Positions 28,253-38,503 of a stretch of 64,000 nucleotides of DNA are shown here, in pieces. The notes under the pieces were generated by a model. The model saw nothing but the letters and a program-made list of their open reading frames with translations, was not told the origin of the DNA and ran no database searches. Positions within the stretch are counted from its first letter, which is position 1; the number at the start of each line of letters is the position of its first letter. The position numbers were made by a program, and so were the translations under genes. Origin of the DNA: Nitrospirota bacterium (GTDB lineage: Bacteria; Nitrospirota; Nitrospiria; Nitrospirales; Nitrospiraceae); NCBI GenBank assembly GCA_963703955.1, contig CAVPGK010000013.1, positions 96,001 to 160,000 of the forward strand, written 5' to 3'.

Positions 28253-29295
28253 TCATCGCATCAGCGGCTTGCCTCTTGCCCAGTAATAATAGAGGGACAA
28301 GTTCGGGTAGATGGCATCGATATTATTCTGCCCAGCAATCGTGAAGAGACAGCCGACCGCTCCAACCAATGCTCCGCTTGAGCTGTGGAAGAACTTGTAC
28401 TGGAGGGTCGGTTGGACGCCAACCAAGGCGTAACTTGTTGGGACAACGTTCACAGTCTTCCCATCCAGGCGCCAGGAGAGCCCGTTCAGCGTGACAAGCT
28501 CCACATTGTATCCGAATCCTCGGTTGTCATTGAGAATGTGCTCAATGACCAAGCGCCCATTAATGATATCTCCAGGATAGGTGTTCATACCGGCCGTGTT
28601 ACCGGGTGCGGTATAGGTGTAGAACACACCGCCGCTGATCCGGAAGGGCCGAAGGTTTTTCCGGAACATCACCCCTTCGGTGAACGAGAGCGCCCCGAAC
28701 CGTGTCGCGGGCAGACGCCCAAGCGGAGAAAAGCCGCCCGGAATGCCCTGTGTGCCCGCCCACTGGCTGCTGGGCAACGCGATCTGCGAATAAATGGTCA
28801 TCGCGAGGGGCGCCAGCCGTCCGGGTCCTGCACGACCGGGCGGTACTTCAGATAAATGGTCGTGTCACCGAGGCCGGTCTCAGACTGGGTTGTCTGTCCG
28901 CCGGAGCTATTCGCTTGGCTGGCTTCCCAGTAGATGCCGGAAAGGGCAACATTCAGTTCAACATGGTTGGTGATGCCGTAAGCAAAGATGCCAGTTGGCG
29001 CGACCGCCTTCAAATCGACCGGTGAATCCGACGAAGTGGTGCTGAACTGGTTACCAAACTTCTTATCGCCGATTTCGCCAAAGACAAAGGGTTGAAACAG
29101 AAATTGTCCTTTGGGCTGGATATCGACGCCGGAAAGAAGGATGGGGCCGTTTGCCATGGGGTTCCAACTCTTACGGTATTTCTGAATCTCCTCCTCGGTA
29201 GGAACCCAGTCCCACGCGTCAGCCGGGTATGGCCGCAGCGACAGAAGCGCCAAGAGCAGTAAGAACCCAGTCGATTGTGATTGAGAGAAAACCAT
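28253..29295 (-). CDS. Secreted/outer-membrane hypothetical protein (transporter-like), frameshifted near 28800
   Basis: Two abutting ORFs join (GLGDTTIYLKYR..WRP / TIYSQIALPS); signal peptide; beta-strand-like C-terminus. Confidence 0.6.
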
Positions 29296-29521
29296 GAACT
29301 TTCTCCTCCCGGAACGACACTGTCTGACGGCACGGATCAAAAGGCTCACCCAGTGATTCCAGGGAGACGATAGCAGTAGACCGCCTCGAGCTGGTGGTAC
29401 GGATCGACGATGCTGGAGTCCACTGCAAAGCGAGGGCCTTGAGTAAAACTGTTTTGGTCAAGGACAGTCTTGGAGTCAGAATGAACTAAATGAACTAATT
29501 GTGGAACACCCTCGATGCTCT

Positions 29522-29839
29522 CTAGGCCCTCCCAAACTTCAGAAAAAAAGCTGCTATCCACACCATTAATACACCCAAAATACGATTGAAGACAGCGACA
29601 TCAGGTGAAGTGCCAGGAGCAGAGTAGAGATAGCCCAGAATGATGAGTACTGTACACGCTCCCGCAACAACAAAGGTCAAATATCCGAGGGATGACCAGC
29701 GTGTGAGCCCAAGAGGAAGTATATACAGCGCCCACATTGCTATTCCCACGGGAGTCATCAAATCCAAGACGAACACAATCACGATCAGCGCCACGACCAC
29801 AGCCGTCAATGAGTGATCTGCGTTCTTCTGTTCGTCCAT
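29522..29839 (-). CDS. Small membrane protein resembling a sensor N-terminal TM module
   Basis: DLMTPVGIAMWALY..FNR; hydrophobic; may be a truncated sensor. Confidence 0.55.
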   Translation of the reverse strand: MDEQKNADHSLTAVVVALIVIVFVLDLMTPVGIAMWALYILPLGLTRWSSLGYLTFVVAGACTVLIILGYLYSAPGTSPDVAVFNRILGVLMVWIAAFFLKFGRA

Positions 29840-30218
29840 CGAAGAGTGGAGTCTAGTCGGTTCCCTAATTCTCCTGCCGGTAGACGAATCGTTTTCTACT
29901 TGTTCGAATACGAGGAGAAGTCTCTATTTTCAGAAATCACAATTGCTGAACATTCAGACCCCTTCTGCTCTCCTAAACGATTTGCTACCTGTTGCAACTA
30001 CGAACGCTTCATCTTCTACCTTTGAGATGACACTGCTTCGGCCATTGCCCCCGCTACCGATTCGGCGACAGCTTCCGCCCAAGATCATTGAGGTGATCAT
30101 CTCGTTCGCGTTCGCATGGTATCTCCTGCGTTGAAAAAAGGCGGGGAAGGATGCTGGGATAGTCGATCTCCGCTTGCATGACCTGTGGCACTGTGCGGCT
30201 ACTGCGCGCTCTTACCGA

Positions 30219-30578
30219 CTATCGAACGGAGCTAGGAGGGCCCGGAAGGGTGATTCCGTAAGGGGCGATCCGCAAGGTGGCGCCCGGAAGCGTGATTCCG
30301 TAAGGGGCCATTGGCGAGCCGATCGAGGACCCAAACGGAGTCGGTGCCGGAATGAAAAAGCTCGGCCCTTCCCCTGGCCTCCAAATCGTCCCGCCGCCTG
30401 CTGTCGGAGCGAGGAAGGCTGGCGCTTGTCCCGGCCTGATTGCGATAGCTCCACCATTCGGCGTGGGAGTGACGACGGCCGGGGCTTGCCCCGGAGTGAT
30501 GAGCGTGCCTCCGCTGATCTGAGCATCAGCCACAGGGACGACAGCAAATAGGATAACAAGGAACAGCATGATGATCAT
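30219..30578 (-). CDS. Small secreted Pro/Gly-rich repeat protein
   Basis: Signal peptide; repeated GGxxxxPGQ/E and two APYGITLPG copies. Confidence 0.55.
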   Translation of the reverse strand: MIIMLFLVILFAVVPVADAQISGGTLITPGQAPAVVTPTPNGGAIAIRPGQAPAFLAPTAGGGTIWRPGEGPSFFIPAPTPFGSSIGSPMAPYGITLPGATLRIAPYGITLPGPPSSVR

Positions 30579-30951
30579 GGCTCTCTCCACTCGTTGCAAT
30601 GGCCCGAAGAAGGAGCGCAGGCGGGTAATAGTAGGGCGAGCACAAGAGGAAAGCCGACCTGCATGCACCACCATACCATCATAGATCATGGTGTGTCGGG
30701 GTGTTTTGGCACCAGGTTGGCACCAATTGCTATTGATTTTGGTTCTGGCGGAGCTTCTCCAGCTCCTCCACACTTAGAGCGCCAATTCCGTACTGGAGTG
30801 CGTGATCTGTCCTTTGCATCGTGTCTGATCCAAGTGCATAGGAATATTCGATAACATTAGACTTGAGAATCGTAAAGTTGGGTGCAATCGATAAGGACTC
30901 CCAATTCAGTCTTTGACTCGGGGGCGATACATAAACGAAAGACCATGACAC

Positions 30952-31887
30952 TCAGCGCATCTGCTTCTCCAGAGAGGGTATGACCTGGGGATCACCCATG
31001 ATGTCCAGGCCGAAGCGTGGGTTGTCGTCCATTTGATTGGCGTAGAGTCGTCCAGTCGGCGCATCAATATCAGCCATAAGCATGGTGGTTTCCTTCGACT
31101 TGATTGTCACCGCATACTCTTCGCCGCTTCCACCGCGGATCATGGGATGCCACACTACCACTTTGTATGTGCCCGGGGGTATGTCACCGATCTTGAAATG
31201 TCCCTCCTGATCCGTAACCGCATAGTAGGGATGGTCCACGACAAGCCCCCAGCTCTCCATGTACGCGTGGAACCCACATTGCATCACAAACACTCGCCGC
31301 CCCTTGTGCATCTCAATATTTTGCACCATCGCTTCCCCAGGGTGATGCTCCTGCTTTCCTGTTTTCGTCACATTCTCTTTCACGTAATCGGGATACATCA
31401 GCAGGGGACTATTGAACAAGACCCGCGGGCCAAACCGCGAGGTCTCGTAGGCTTGGATATCGTGAAAGACCGGGTCCATATTCACCACTTCAATCGGCCG
31501 CTTGTCCCAGACCACGGAGATAAACGGCTTGAAGGTGCAATCGATGGCTTCAATGCGGGGAGTCTGAAAGCTGATCGGCTTTCCTCTTGCCACTTCTTCC
31601 AGCATCACCACGACATCCCGAAGTGCTCCCTGGGCCTCAATATGGAACGGCTGCAGCAGGCGCCATCCCGCTCCGTTTGAAATCCTGCCACAATAGACCG
31701 CGTCCGGAAACGTGACCAGTTTGTACCCCATCGGCTTCGGCACGTCTCCAATAAGTTTCACACTACCGGTGAGGGTCCCGCCATTCGTGATAGGGACCTC
31801 TTCATACGCACTAGCAGCTTGTCCCACTGCAACACACAGAATCGGAACAAGAACAGCCATGAGAGTTCTTGGCAAACAGACAATCAT
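30952..31887 (-). CDS. Carboxypeptidase regulatory-like domain periplasmic protein
   Basis: Signal peptide; DCTFKP, NMDPVFHDIQ, QCGFHAYM, HPYYAVTD, IPPGTYKVVVWHP. Confidence 0.75.
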   Translation of the reverse strand: MIVCLPRTLMAVLVPILCVAVGQAASAYEEVPITNGGTLTGSVKLIGDVPKPMGYKLVTFPDAVYCGRISNGAGWRLLQPFHIEAQGALRDVVVMLEEVARGKPISFQTPRIEAIDCTFKPFISVVWDKRPIEVVNMDPVFHDIQAYETSRFGPRVLFNSPLLMYPDYVKENVTKTGKQEHHPGEAMVQNIEMHKGRRVFVMQCGFHAYMESWGLVVDHPYYAVTDQEGHFKIGDIPPGTYKVVVWHPMIRGGSGEEYAVTIKSKETTMLMADIDAPTGRLYANQMDDNPRFGLDIMGDPQVIPSLEKQMR

Positions 31888-32122
31888 GGTATCCTCCTTG
31901 AATTACGCGAAGGCAGCAGTTGAGTCCCCCTTTGGCAGCTGAGGGCAGTCAAAATGCTCATTATCTCTACTGGCGGGCAAGGCGCTAGAGCTTCAAAACC
32001 TTTCAATTCCCTCCGCACAAGGCTCAAAGAGAACGTTTGTTTAGACGTGAGACATCGCAAGAGGTCTATCAAAACTTGGCGTCTGCCCCAGCCTATGACC
32101 CGCGCCGATATTTACATTCCGT

Positions 32123-32788
32123 TTACCCAGATTGGTGACCCAGCGGAATAGTGATCACGATCCCACCCATGACGTCATTCATCTTGAAATCCCGTTTCGG
32201 GCTGTTGGGATGTGCGTTGTGGCAACCGATACAAGCCTGCGTGACGGCCCGGTCTGCATAGACTGCTACGAACAACCGTTCCTTGCCACTTGTGATGATG
32301 CCGGTATAGGGACGTTCCGGGTCCGTCTGGACCTCTTCAAGACCTTTGTCCTCGAATTCAGTGGCTGGCCTATTTTGCTTGTTAATTGGCCAGAGACCCA
32401 TCAGGCGGTATCGGACCTTCGTACCGGTCTTCGCGGCGAGGTCGCTCGACTCCATAAAGAACTGTGCAGGTAAAGGTAAGGTATTGGCGGCCCGCCAGTT
32501 TTCTGAGGCGACGAGAGTCCCCTTTTTCTGCAGTCGCTCAACGACGTGGACCGTGTAGAAAGTCCGGTCGGCTTCGATTACCGCGTGTATATAGTCAGTC
32601 ACGGTCTCTGGAGGGATGCCCATCGGAGTGTCCGAGCCCTTCTCACCGGAGGAGCTGCCCCAGAAAGTCAGCACCGCGATTGTCGCAAGCAGTGCCCCGG
32701 ACGCTAGGGTTCTGCTCAGCGCAGCGAGCAGATTCTTCAGTGCAAGGCCAAGCGCCACGCGTATGTCGTTCAATGCTCTCATAGGCAA
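32123..32788 (-). CDS. DUF3365 (Tll0287-like) c-type heme protein
   Basis: LPLPAQF, PINKQNRP..FE, CIGCH heme motif, DVMGGIVITIP. Confidence 0.82.
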   Translation of the reverse strand: MPMRALNDIRVALGLALKNLLAALSRTLASGALLATIAVLTFWGSSSGEKGSDTPMGIPPETVTDYIHAVIEADRTFYTVHVVERLQKKGTLVASENWRAANTLPLPAQFFMESSDLAAKTGTKVRYRLMGLWPINKQNRPATEFEDKGLEEVQTDPERPYTGIITSGKERLFVAVYADRAVTQACIGCHNAHPNSPKRDFKMNDVMGGIVITIPLGHQSG

Positions 32789-32953
32789 GCTCCTTTTTTT
32801 ACTTCACCTCTGCTGCTTTGCGACTATAACTAGACCCACGACTTGAGTCAACTTTCACTTCGGAGCAAACGCTTTGAGCACCCAGACATTGTGCTACCAT
32901 CCTGCTACCAGGCCAAGGCATCCTGATTCAGTTTGGGAACTAGTGTTGATTGT

Positions 32954-33100
32954 GCCAGGTGGTTCGTTGCATGCGGTCCTCTTTATGACTGACCTTCGTC
33001 CATCGCAATTCGCTATCCGCAAGAGCGATGCCAATGCTAATGAGCCGAAATGACCAGAGCGTTTCCACGTGATCGAGAGATCCTGTAGCCTTCTGCTACA
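32954..33100 (-). repeat. Duplicated regulatory module (sigma54 promoter, palindrome, 5' end of small-peptide gene); other copy at 59008-59154
   Basis: Colinear similarity at a constant offset of 26054 bp. Confidence 0.88.
33019..33033 (-). promoter_or_regulatory. Sigma54 -24/-12 promoter TGGCAT-CGCTC-TTGC
   Basis: Matches TGGCAY-N5-TTGC. Confidence 0.7.
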
Positions 33101-33186
33101 GACTTCGTTCTCCAATCTTCGGAAACAAGCCGTTCGCCACTGATACCGCAAGTCTTTGATTCAAAAGAAACGGCTGGGAAAGAATT

Positions 33187-33209
33187 TGGGGTGAGTGACG
33201 GGTTTCGAA
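33187..33209 (-). other. tRNA-His-like 3'-end fragment (probable att-site remnant)
   Basis: Minus strand TTCGAAACCCGTCACTCACCCCA (T-loop to CCA), followed by an IHF-like AATCAAAGACTTG (33149-33161). Confidence 0.6.
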
Positions 33210-33553
33210 TTACTTAGACGTCCACCGCAACTGTCGAACATCGTGAGAATTCTGCATCGAGTGGGCAGACAAGGCAAGCCAAGCCAAGATTGGCCACCTG
33301 TCCGCAACTCCGCAACCCAGGCGCAACCTGCTTCGCGCCGGTGGGCGGTGCTCGGATTCGAGCCAGCAGATCACCCTCCTCTCGATTGCAGGGAACGGCC
33401 TGGCAGGATGAGGCCTAACGCCCCAGGCCGTTCTCCGATCCTGCCGCAAAACGCTACGTTCGACGCCGCGATGACAACATTGAGGCCGGAAGACCAACAC
33501 TTCCCCGCAGGCACATCTGATGCAGTAAGATTCACACGAATTGGTGTGTGACG

Positions 33554-34282
33554 ATGCCTGCTCCTCTACTAGACATTCAGAATCTCATCTTCGAGGTGGA
33601 TCGACATCCCATTCTCGACAGCCTGAACCTCGCAGTCCAAGCTGGACAAATCCATGCGCTTCTCGGAGCCAACGGTTCAGGCAAGACCACATTGGCCTAT
33701 GTCTTGATGGGCTGCGATGGCTATGCGCCGAGTGCCGGGAGTATTTTGTTCAATGGCACCGATCTCCTGCCCCTCAAAATGCACGAACGGGCCAAGCTGG
33801 GGATTACCCTTGCGTGGCAAGAGCCGGCTCGATTCGAAGGTGTCACAGTGCGCGAGTACCTGAGCTTGGGCAAGTCAGATTGTGATCCAGAACCGATGTT
33901 GAGACAGGTCGGTCTCGATCCGGACCGTTATCTGAACCGGCGAGTAGATAAGGCGCTTAGCGGCGGGGAACGACACCGGATCGAGTTGGCCTCAGTCTTA
34001 TCGATGAAACCGAATCTCGCCATCCTCGACGAGCCGGCCGCAGGAATCGACATGCTCTCGATCAATCATATTATTGACATCATTCGCGCATTGAAAGAAG
34101 GTGGCGGTTCCGTCCTGCTGATTACGCACCAGGAAGAGGTCGCGCTCATCGCCGATCGAGCCTCGCAACTCTGCGCCGGCCGCATCATTTTTTCAGGCGG
34201 TCCTCGGGAAGCCGTGGATCATTTCCGTGGCCGGACCTGCGTCCGTTGCGATGGAGAAGTATGTAACTATGTCCGAGCTTGA
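33554..34282 (+). CDS. SufC-like ABC ATPase with C-terminal CxxC (SmsC-like)
   Basis: GANGSGKT, LSGGE, ILDEP, LITH; C-terminal CVRC. Confidence 0.85.
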   Translation: MPAPLLDIQNLIFEVDRHPILDSLNLAVQAGQIHALLGANGSGKTTLAYVLMGCDGYAPSAGSILFNGTDLLPLKMHERAKLGITLAWQEPARFEGVTVREYLSLGKSDCDPEPMLRQVGLDPDRYLNRRVDKALSGGERHRIELASVLSMKPNLAILDEPAAGIDMLSINHIIDIIRALKEGGGSVLLITHQEEVALIADRASQLCAGRIIFSGGPREAVDHFRGRTCVRCDGEVCNYVRA

Positions 34283-35204
34283 TGAACTCAAAAAGACCTT
34301 GCCGATGGTCGGAGCCGAACCGGCGATCCTCGACGATACACACATCGCGCATGTCGTGGCGCACGGGCACCGCATCCTTAGTCAGCGGACCGTTGCGGGG
34401 CTCCGCGTCGAGATGGAAGAGACATCTGAGGCCATCATCGGGAAATTGGTGATTGAAGCCGGTGCGCGGATCTCTGAACCGATCCATATGTGCTTCGGTC
34501 TGGCCCATCCAACCGGCGTGCAGCAGATCAAGATCAACGTACAAGTACTCGAAGGAGCCCATGCGCGCGTGCTGTCACACTGTCTCTTTCCCTTCGCGAA
34601 AGCGGCAGAACATCGGATGCAGGCTGTCATGGAGATCGGCTCCGGTGCCTCGTTGACCTATACGGAGGGCCACTACCACGGTCCCCACGGTGGCATGCAG
34701 GTTCTTCCCCACGCGACGATCAAGATCGGAAAAGGCGCGCATTATTTTTCAGACTTCTCCTTGCTGTCCGGCTCGGTCGGTAGTCTCGACATCGATTATC
34801 TCGTTGAGGTCGAGGAAGAAGGCCTTGCCGAACTCAGCGCGAAGATCTTTGCACACAAGACCGATCGAATCATGCTCAAGGAAGCGGTGATTCTTCGTGG
34901 GGAACGATCACGAGGTCTCATCAAAACGCGTGTCGTACTGGAGGACGAGGCGCGCGCGGAGATCACCGGGATCACCGAAGCGTATGCGAAAGGTGCGCGC
35001 GGCCACGTGGATTGCATGGAAATCGTGCAGGGCCAGGCTCACGCCAGCGCGATTCCCATCGTGAGAGTCTTTCACCCGGAGGCGAAAGTCACTCACGAAG
35101 CGGCGATCGGGAGCGTGGACAAGAAAGAACTGGAAACGCTGATGGCGCGCGGGCTCAGCCCGGAGCAAGCGGTCGAACTCATCGTGAGCGGGATTCTCCG
35201 GTGA
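34269..35204 (+). CDS. SufB/SufD-family Fe-S assembly protein (SmsB-like)
   Basis: ARGHVDCMEIV, AKVTHEAAIGSVD, LMARGL motifs; overlaps the ATPase gene. Confidence 0.88.
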   Translation: MSELDELKKTLPMVGAEPAILDDTHIAHVVAHGHRILSQRTVAGLRVEMEETSEAIIGKLVIEAGARISEPIHMCFGLAHPTGVQQIKINVQVLEGAHARVLSHCLFPFAKAAEHRMQAVMEIGSGASLTYTEGHYHGPHGGMQVLPHATIKIGKGAHYFSDFSLLSGSVGSLDIDYLVEVEEEGLAELSAKIFAHKTDRIMLKEAVILRGERSRGLIKTRVVLEDEARAEITGITEAYAKGARGHVDCMEIVQGQAHASAIPIVRVFHPEAKVTHEAAIGSVDKKELETLMARGLSPEQAVELIVSGILR

Positions 35205-35224
35205 CCTGATATCCCGGCTGAGAA

Positions 35225-35356
35225 GACAAAACTGAACCCGCGTTGCCCTTCTTGCAGCGTGCAGTAGCGCGGACAAACGTCGCACTGGATGCGTCCATCC
35301 TCGAGTCGATGCCAATATTTCGTCGGCACGATCGTCGACGGCTGTGAGGTTGTCAT
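35225..35356 (-). pseudogene. N-terminal fragment of an AmmeMemoRadiSam radical SAM enzyme
   Basis: TKYWHRLEDGRIQCDVCPRYCTLQEGQRG, then similarity stops. Confidence 0.7.
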
Positions 35357-35449
35357 GACAGGCTCCCTTGAGATCACGGCCGTGTGCGAGCATTATGCCC
35401 ATCAATTCCATTTGAGAATGGATGTACCCTTCCACCGAGCGATCGCCTC

Positions 35450-36511
35450 ATGCTGACGATTGACGGTTCCCGCTATTCCGGCAGTGGTACCATCGTGCGA
35501 CAGGCGGTCGCTTTCTCCGCCCTGACCAGTCAGTCGATCCACGTGGTCAAGGCCCGAGCGAAGCGGGACAAGCCCGGGTTGCGTCCGCAGCACATTCGCG
35601 TCGTTGAAGCCATCGCCGAACTCGTCACTGGATGCGCCGAGGGACTGGCGCAAGGCTCCCAGGAATTCACGTTCTGCCCCGGCCCGCTCAAGACGGGACG
35701 GCACTATAGTTGGGACATCGGCTCTGCCGGCTCCACGACCATGCTGAGTCTCGGCATCCTGCCGGTCCTGGCCTTCGGGGGATCGCGGGTTACGGTTGAA
35801 TTGCGAGGAGGCCTCTTCCAGGATTTTGCCCCGTCTGTTTTTCATCTCCAGCAGGTGCTGCTCCCGATGCTGCACAAGATGGGACTCCATACGGAAGTCG
35901 AGATTGGGCGGCCAGGCTACGTGCCCCGCGGTGACGGCATACTCCATCTCGCCGTGAAACCTCTCACTGAACCTTTCCGAGCCATCGCCAATGAAGAAGC
36001 GGGCCCCGTCACACGAGTATGGGGCATCGCCCTCTCCTCTCACCTCGAAGAACGGCGGGTCAGCCAGCGGATGGCGGACGCCGCACAAGATGTACTCGCC
36101 AAGGCCGACTATCAGGCTGAGATCGAGGTTCGCCATGATACCGAGTCTCTGCAGCGCGGTGCCGCGCTGGCACTTTTTGCCGATCGCAAAGGAACCTGGC
36201 GCCTCGGTGCAGATCAGGCAGGAGCGTTGAGAAGAAGCGCGGAGTCTATCGGCATGCACGTGGCCAATCAGTTGCTCGACGATCTCAAGTCCGGTGCGAC
36301 GCTGGACCGGTTTGTTGCAGATCAGATCATTCCGTTTGCTGCCTTGGCGTCAGGCGAGAGTCAGTTCATCATTCCGACTATTACCGATCATGTGTTGACG
36401 AGCGCCTGGCTGGCTGACCTATTTATTGGCGGTCACGTCAGGACCGACGGTCAGCGACTGGTCATCAACGGAGTTGGGTTCTGGCCAAATCGCGACCACA
36501 CGACGAGTTAG
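35450..36511 (+). CDS. rtcA: RNA 3'-terminal phosphate cyclase
   Basis: IDGS..SGTIVRQAV, KPGLRPQH, GSAGS, PGYVPRGDG, ADQIIPF, TDHVLT. Confidence 0.9.
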   Translation: MLTIDGSRYSGSGTIVRQAVAFSALTSQSIHVVKARAKRDKPGLRPQHIRVVEAIAELVTGCAEGLAQGSQEFTFCPGPLKTGRHYSWDIGSAGSTTMLSLGILPVLAFGGSRVTVELRGGLFQDFAPSVFHLQQVLLPMLHKMGLHTEVEIGRPGYVPRGDGILHLAVKPLTEPFRAIANEEAGPVTRVWGIALSSHLEERRVSQRMADAAQDVLAKADYQAEIEVRHDTESLQRGAALALFADRKGTWRLGADQAGALRRSAESIGMHVANQLLDDLKSGATLDRFVADQIIPFAALASGESQFIIPTITDHVLTSAWLADLFIGGHVRTDGQRLVINGVGFWPNRDHTTS

Positions 36512-36532
36512 CGAGAGCTTTGCTCCTTATGG

Positions 36533-36820
36533 ATATGCTTCACCAGGCCAGTCACCCCCCCCGCTTTATGGCCGATGCGATGCTCGGTCGCCACGATGGC
36601 TGCGCAGCCTCGGGTACGACACGCCCTATGAGAAGGTCATCTCGGACGAGGTGCTGATCGAGCGTGTGATCGGGGAGAAACGGTGGTTGCTCACTCACGA
36701 AGGATACTTGGCAGAACGCAAAGTGCTCCGCGATCGCCACACCTTGATCGCGAGCGATGACCTTGAAGGCCAGTTGCGGCAGTTCCATCAGGACCTCAAG
36801 ATCAATTTCGGGCATCACTT
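36533..36820 (+). pseudogene. Truncated Mut7-C (PIN-like) RNase domain gene
   Basis: FMADAMLG / RWLRSLGYDT..EKRWLLT..QLRQ across a frameshift; C-terminal part lost. Confidence 0.65.
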
Positions 36821-37175
36821 ATTTCCTCAGCGCCGCTTGGACCTCCGTCGCTTGTGCACAAGGCACACACCTGGTCGCCGCCGGGAGTGCCTCCAGCCTA
36901 GACTGAGGGATGTCCTTTCCACAGGTCTCACATCGTCCGTACTGACCAGCCTCCAGTTTGACAAGAGCACGGTCGATCGCCTCAATCTCGGCCTTCGCTC
37001 TCTCATCCAGACGATCGAGCAGCTGAATCATTCTCTCCTCCTGCCCTCGCTCCTCCGCCTCGCTTTCGACGTCACCTTCAAGCCAGAGCAGCTCGTCTTC
37101 GGCCTGGGCGGCCTGACGGAAGAGGTCGCGCCGTTGTCCTGAAAGCTTCTTGCGAACATCTTCAAGCGGAAGCAT
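36819..37175 (-). CDS. TraR/DksA C4 zinc-finger protein
   Basis: IDRALVKLEAGQYGRCETCGKDIPQSRLEALPAATRCVPC. Confidence 0.9.
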   Translation of the reverse strand: MLPLEDVRKKLSGQRRDLFRQAAQAEDELLWLEGDVESEAEERGQEERMIQLLDRLDERAKAEIEAIDRALVKLEAGQYGRCETCGKDIPQSRLEALPAATRCVPCAQATEVQAALRK

Positions 37176-37198
37176 CCCCACATCCCTCCTGCACAACG

Positions 37199-37510
37199 TC
37201 AGCTACAGCACTTTGCCATTTTGTCTTTCATAGCCTCTCTGTCAGCCTTGACAACTGCTTCGACATCCGCCTTTTTTTCCGCCATAAACCGTTTGCCACG
37301 CTCGATGGTGTCATCGAGGGCTGCTCGTGCCTCGTGAGCCTTCTCCAAAACTTCTTCCTCGGCCCTTCTGGCGTACCCTTTCAATGCCTGGCGCGTTTCT
37401 TCGCCCGACTTCGGGGCGAGAAGGATACCCGCGACCACCCCCGCAACGGCACCGCCTAAAAATGCAAGTGCAATGGCCTGTGCTGAACAACCGTTGTCCC
37501 GGCTCTCCAT
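37199..37510 (-). CDS. YtxH-domain general stress protein
   Basis: AFLGGAVAGVVAGILLAPKSGEETR. Confidence 0.9.
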   Translation of the reverse strand: MESRDNGCSAQAIALAFLGGAVAGVVAGILLAPKSGEETRQALKGYARRAEEEVLEKAHEARAALDDTIERGKRFMAEKKADVEAVVKADREAMKDKMAKCCS

Positions 37511-37689
37511 AATCGTTCCTCCTTTGCTTGAAAAGCGAAGATCCTCGGGCTCAAGAGCTGCTTTGTCGTACAGGGCGAGGACCGACCGACGGCAGTCGGT
37601 GACATCGTCCGGAAGCTGGCCGAGACGAAGACCATCGTGACGGCGATCGATGCCATCTGCGTCGGCGAAGGTCGATAGGAGCCCTCCTG

Positions 37690-37830
37690 TGGGTCAAGCC
37701 GATGCGTGCCATCTGGATTGCGCGTACAAGCTTCAGGAATATGCCGGACGGCCACGGCGCAAACGGTCGGAGAGAAAGGCGACCTGGCCGGGGCGGAAGC
37801 AAGTGTATCGCCGCTACGACGCGAGCAGGA
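37690..37830 (+). pseudogene. Fragment of nicotinate phosphoribosyltransferase (PncB type)
   Basis: LDCAYKLQEYAGRPRRKRSE.KATWPGRKQVYR. Confidence 0.65.
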
Positions 37831-38038
37831 TTGCTTCAGATCTGCTAACGACGCGCAGGAGGGCGCAAACTTGATTCAATCGTTTCTCATGTCTGCAAGC
37901 GTCTCTCCCCTCCCACACCACTCGGGGCGATCCGGAAACGAGCCGCGGGAGAGTGGGCAGGCTCCCGGAATATCTCCGGCAACTTCGCGAAGGCCCTGCC
38001 GTGCCGTCTTCACGGGAGGGCCGCTCAATCCCCCTCCA

Positions 38039-38473
38039 CTAGGACCAGTATTCCAGCGCTTTCATGTACCCGAATACGAGATCCCGTCGTGCAACAATGC
38101 CGACGAGTCGCGGACCTCTGACCACTGGCACCCTGGTCACATGGCGGTCCTGAAACAGGTTCCCCAGCGACTCAAGTGCCATATCTTCTGTGATGGTGAC
38201 GACATGCGGCGTCATAATCTCGCTCACCATAACCTTCCGAGGATCCCTTCCTTCAATCATGAGCTGGAGCAAATCGTACTCGCTCACCAACCCGACGAGC
38301 GCGCCGTCCTCCTCCACCACCGGAAGGCTCCCAAAATTGCGTTCGCACATGAGCCGCGCGATTTCGGCTGCTGTCGTACGGCAGTTGCATGTCACCACAT
38401 TGTCCTCCATGAGGTCACGCACCATCAGGCTGCGAGGGTCCCGCCCCTTGGCGATCCATTCTGTTTGTCTCAT
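38039..38473 (-). CDS. CBS-domain protein
   Basis: Two CBS repeats (GSLPVVE..LVGLVSEYDL; RVPVV..LVGIVARRDL). Confidence 0.92.
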   Translation of the reverse strand: MRQTEWIAKGRDPRSLMVRDLMEDNVVTCNCRTTAAEIARLMCERNFGSLPVVEEDGALVGLVSEYDLLQLMIEGRDPRKVMVSEIMTPHVVTITEDMALESLGNLFQDRHVTRVPVVRGPRLVGIVARRDLVFGYMKALEYWS

Positions 38474-38503
38474 GTTTCCTCCTTCACGCGTGGCTGGTCG
38501 CGC

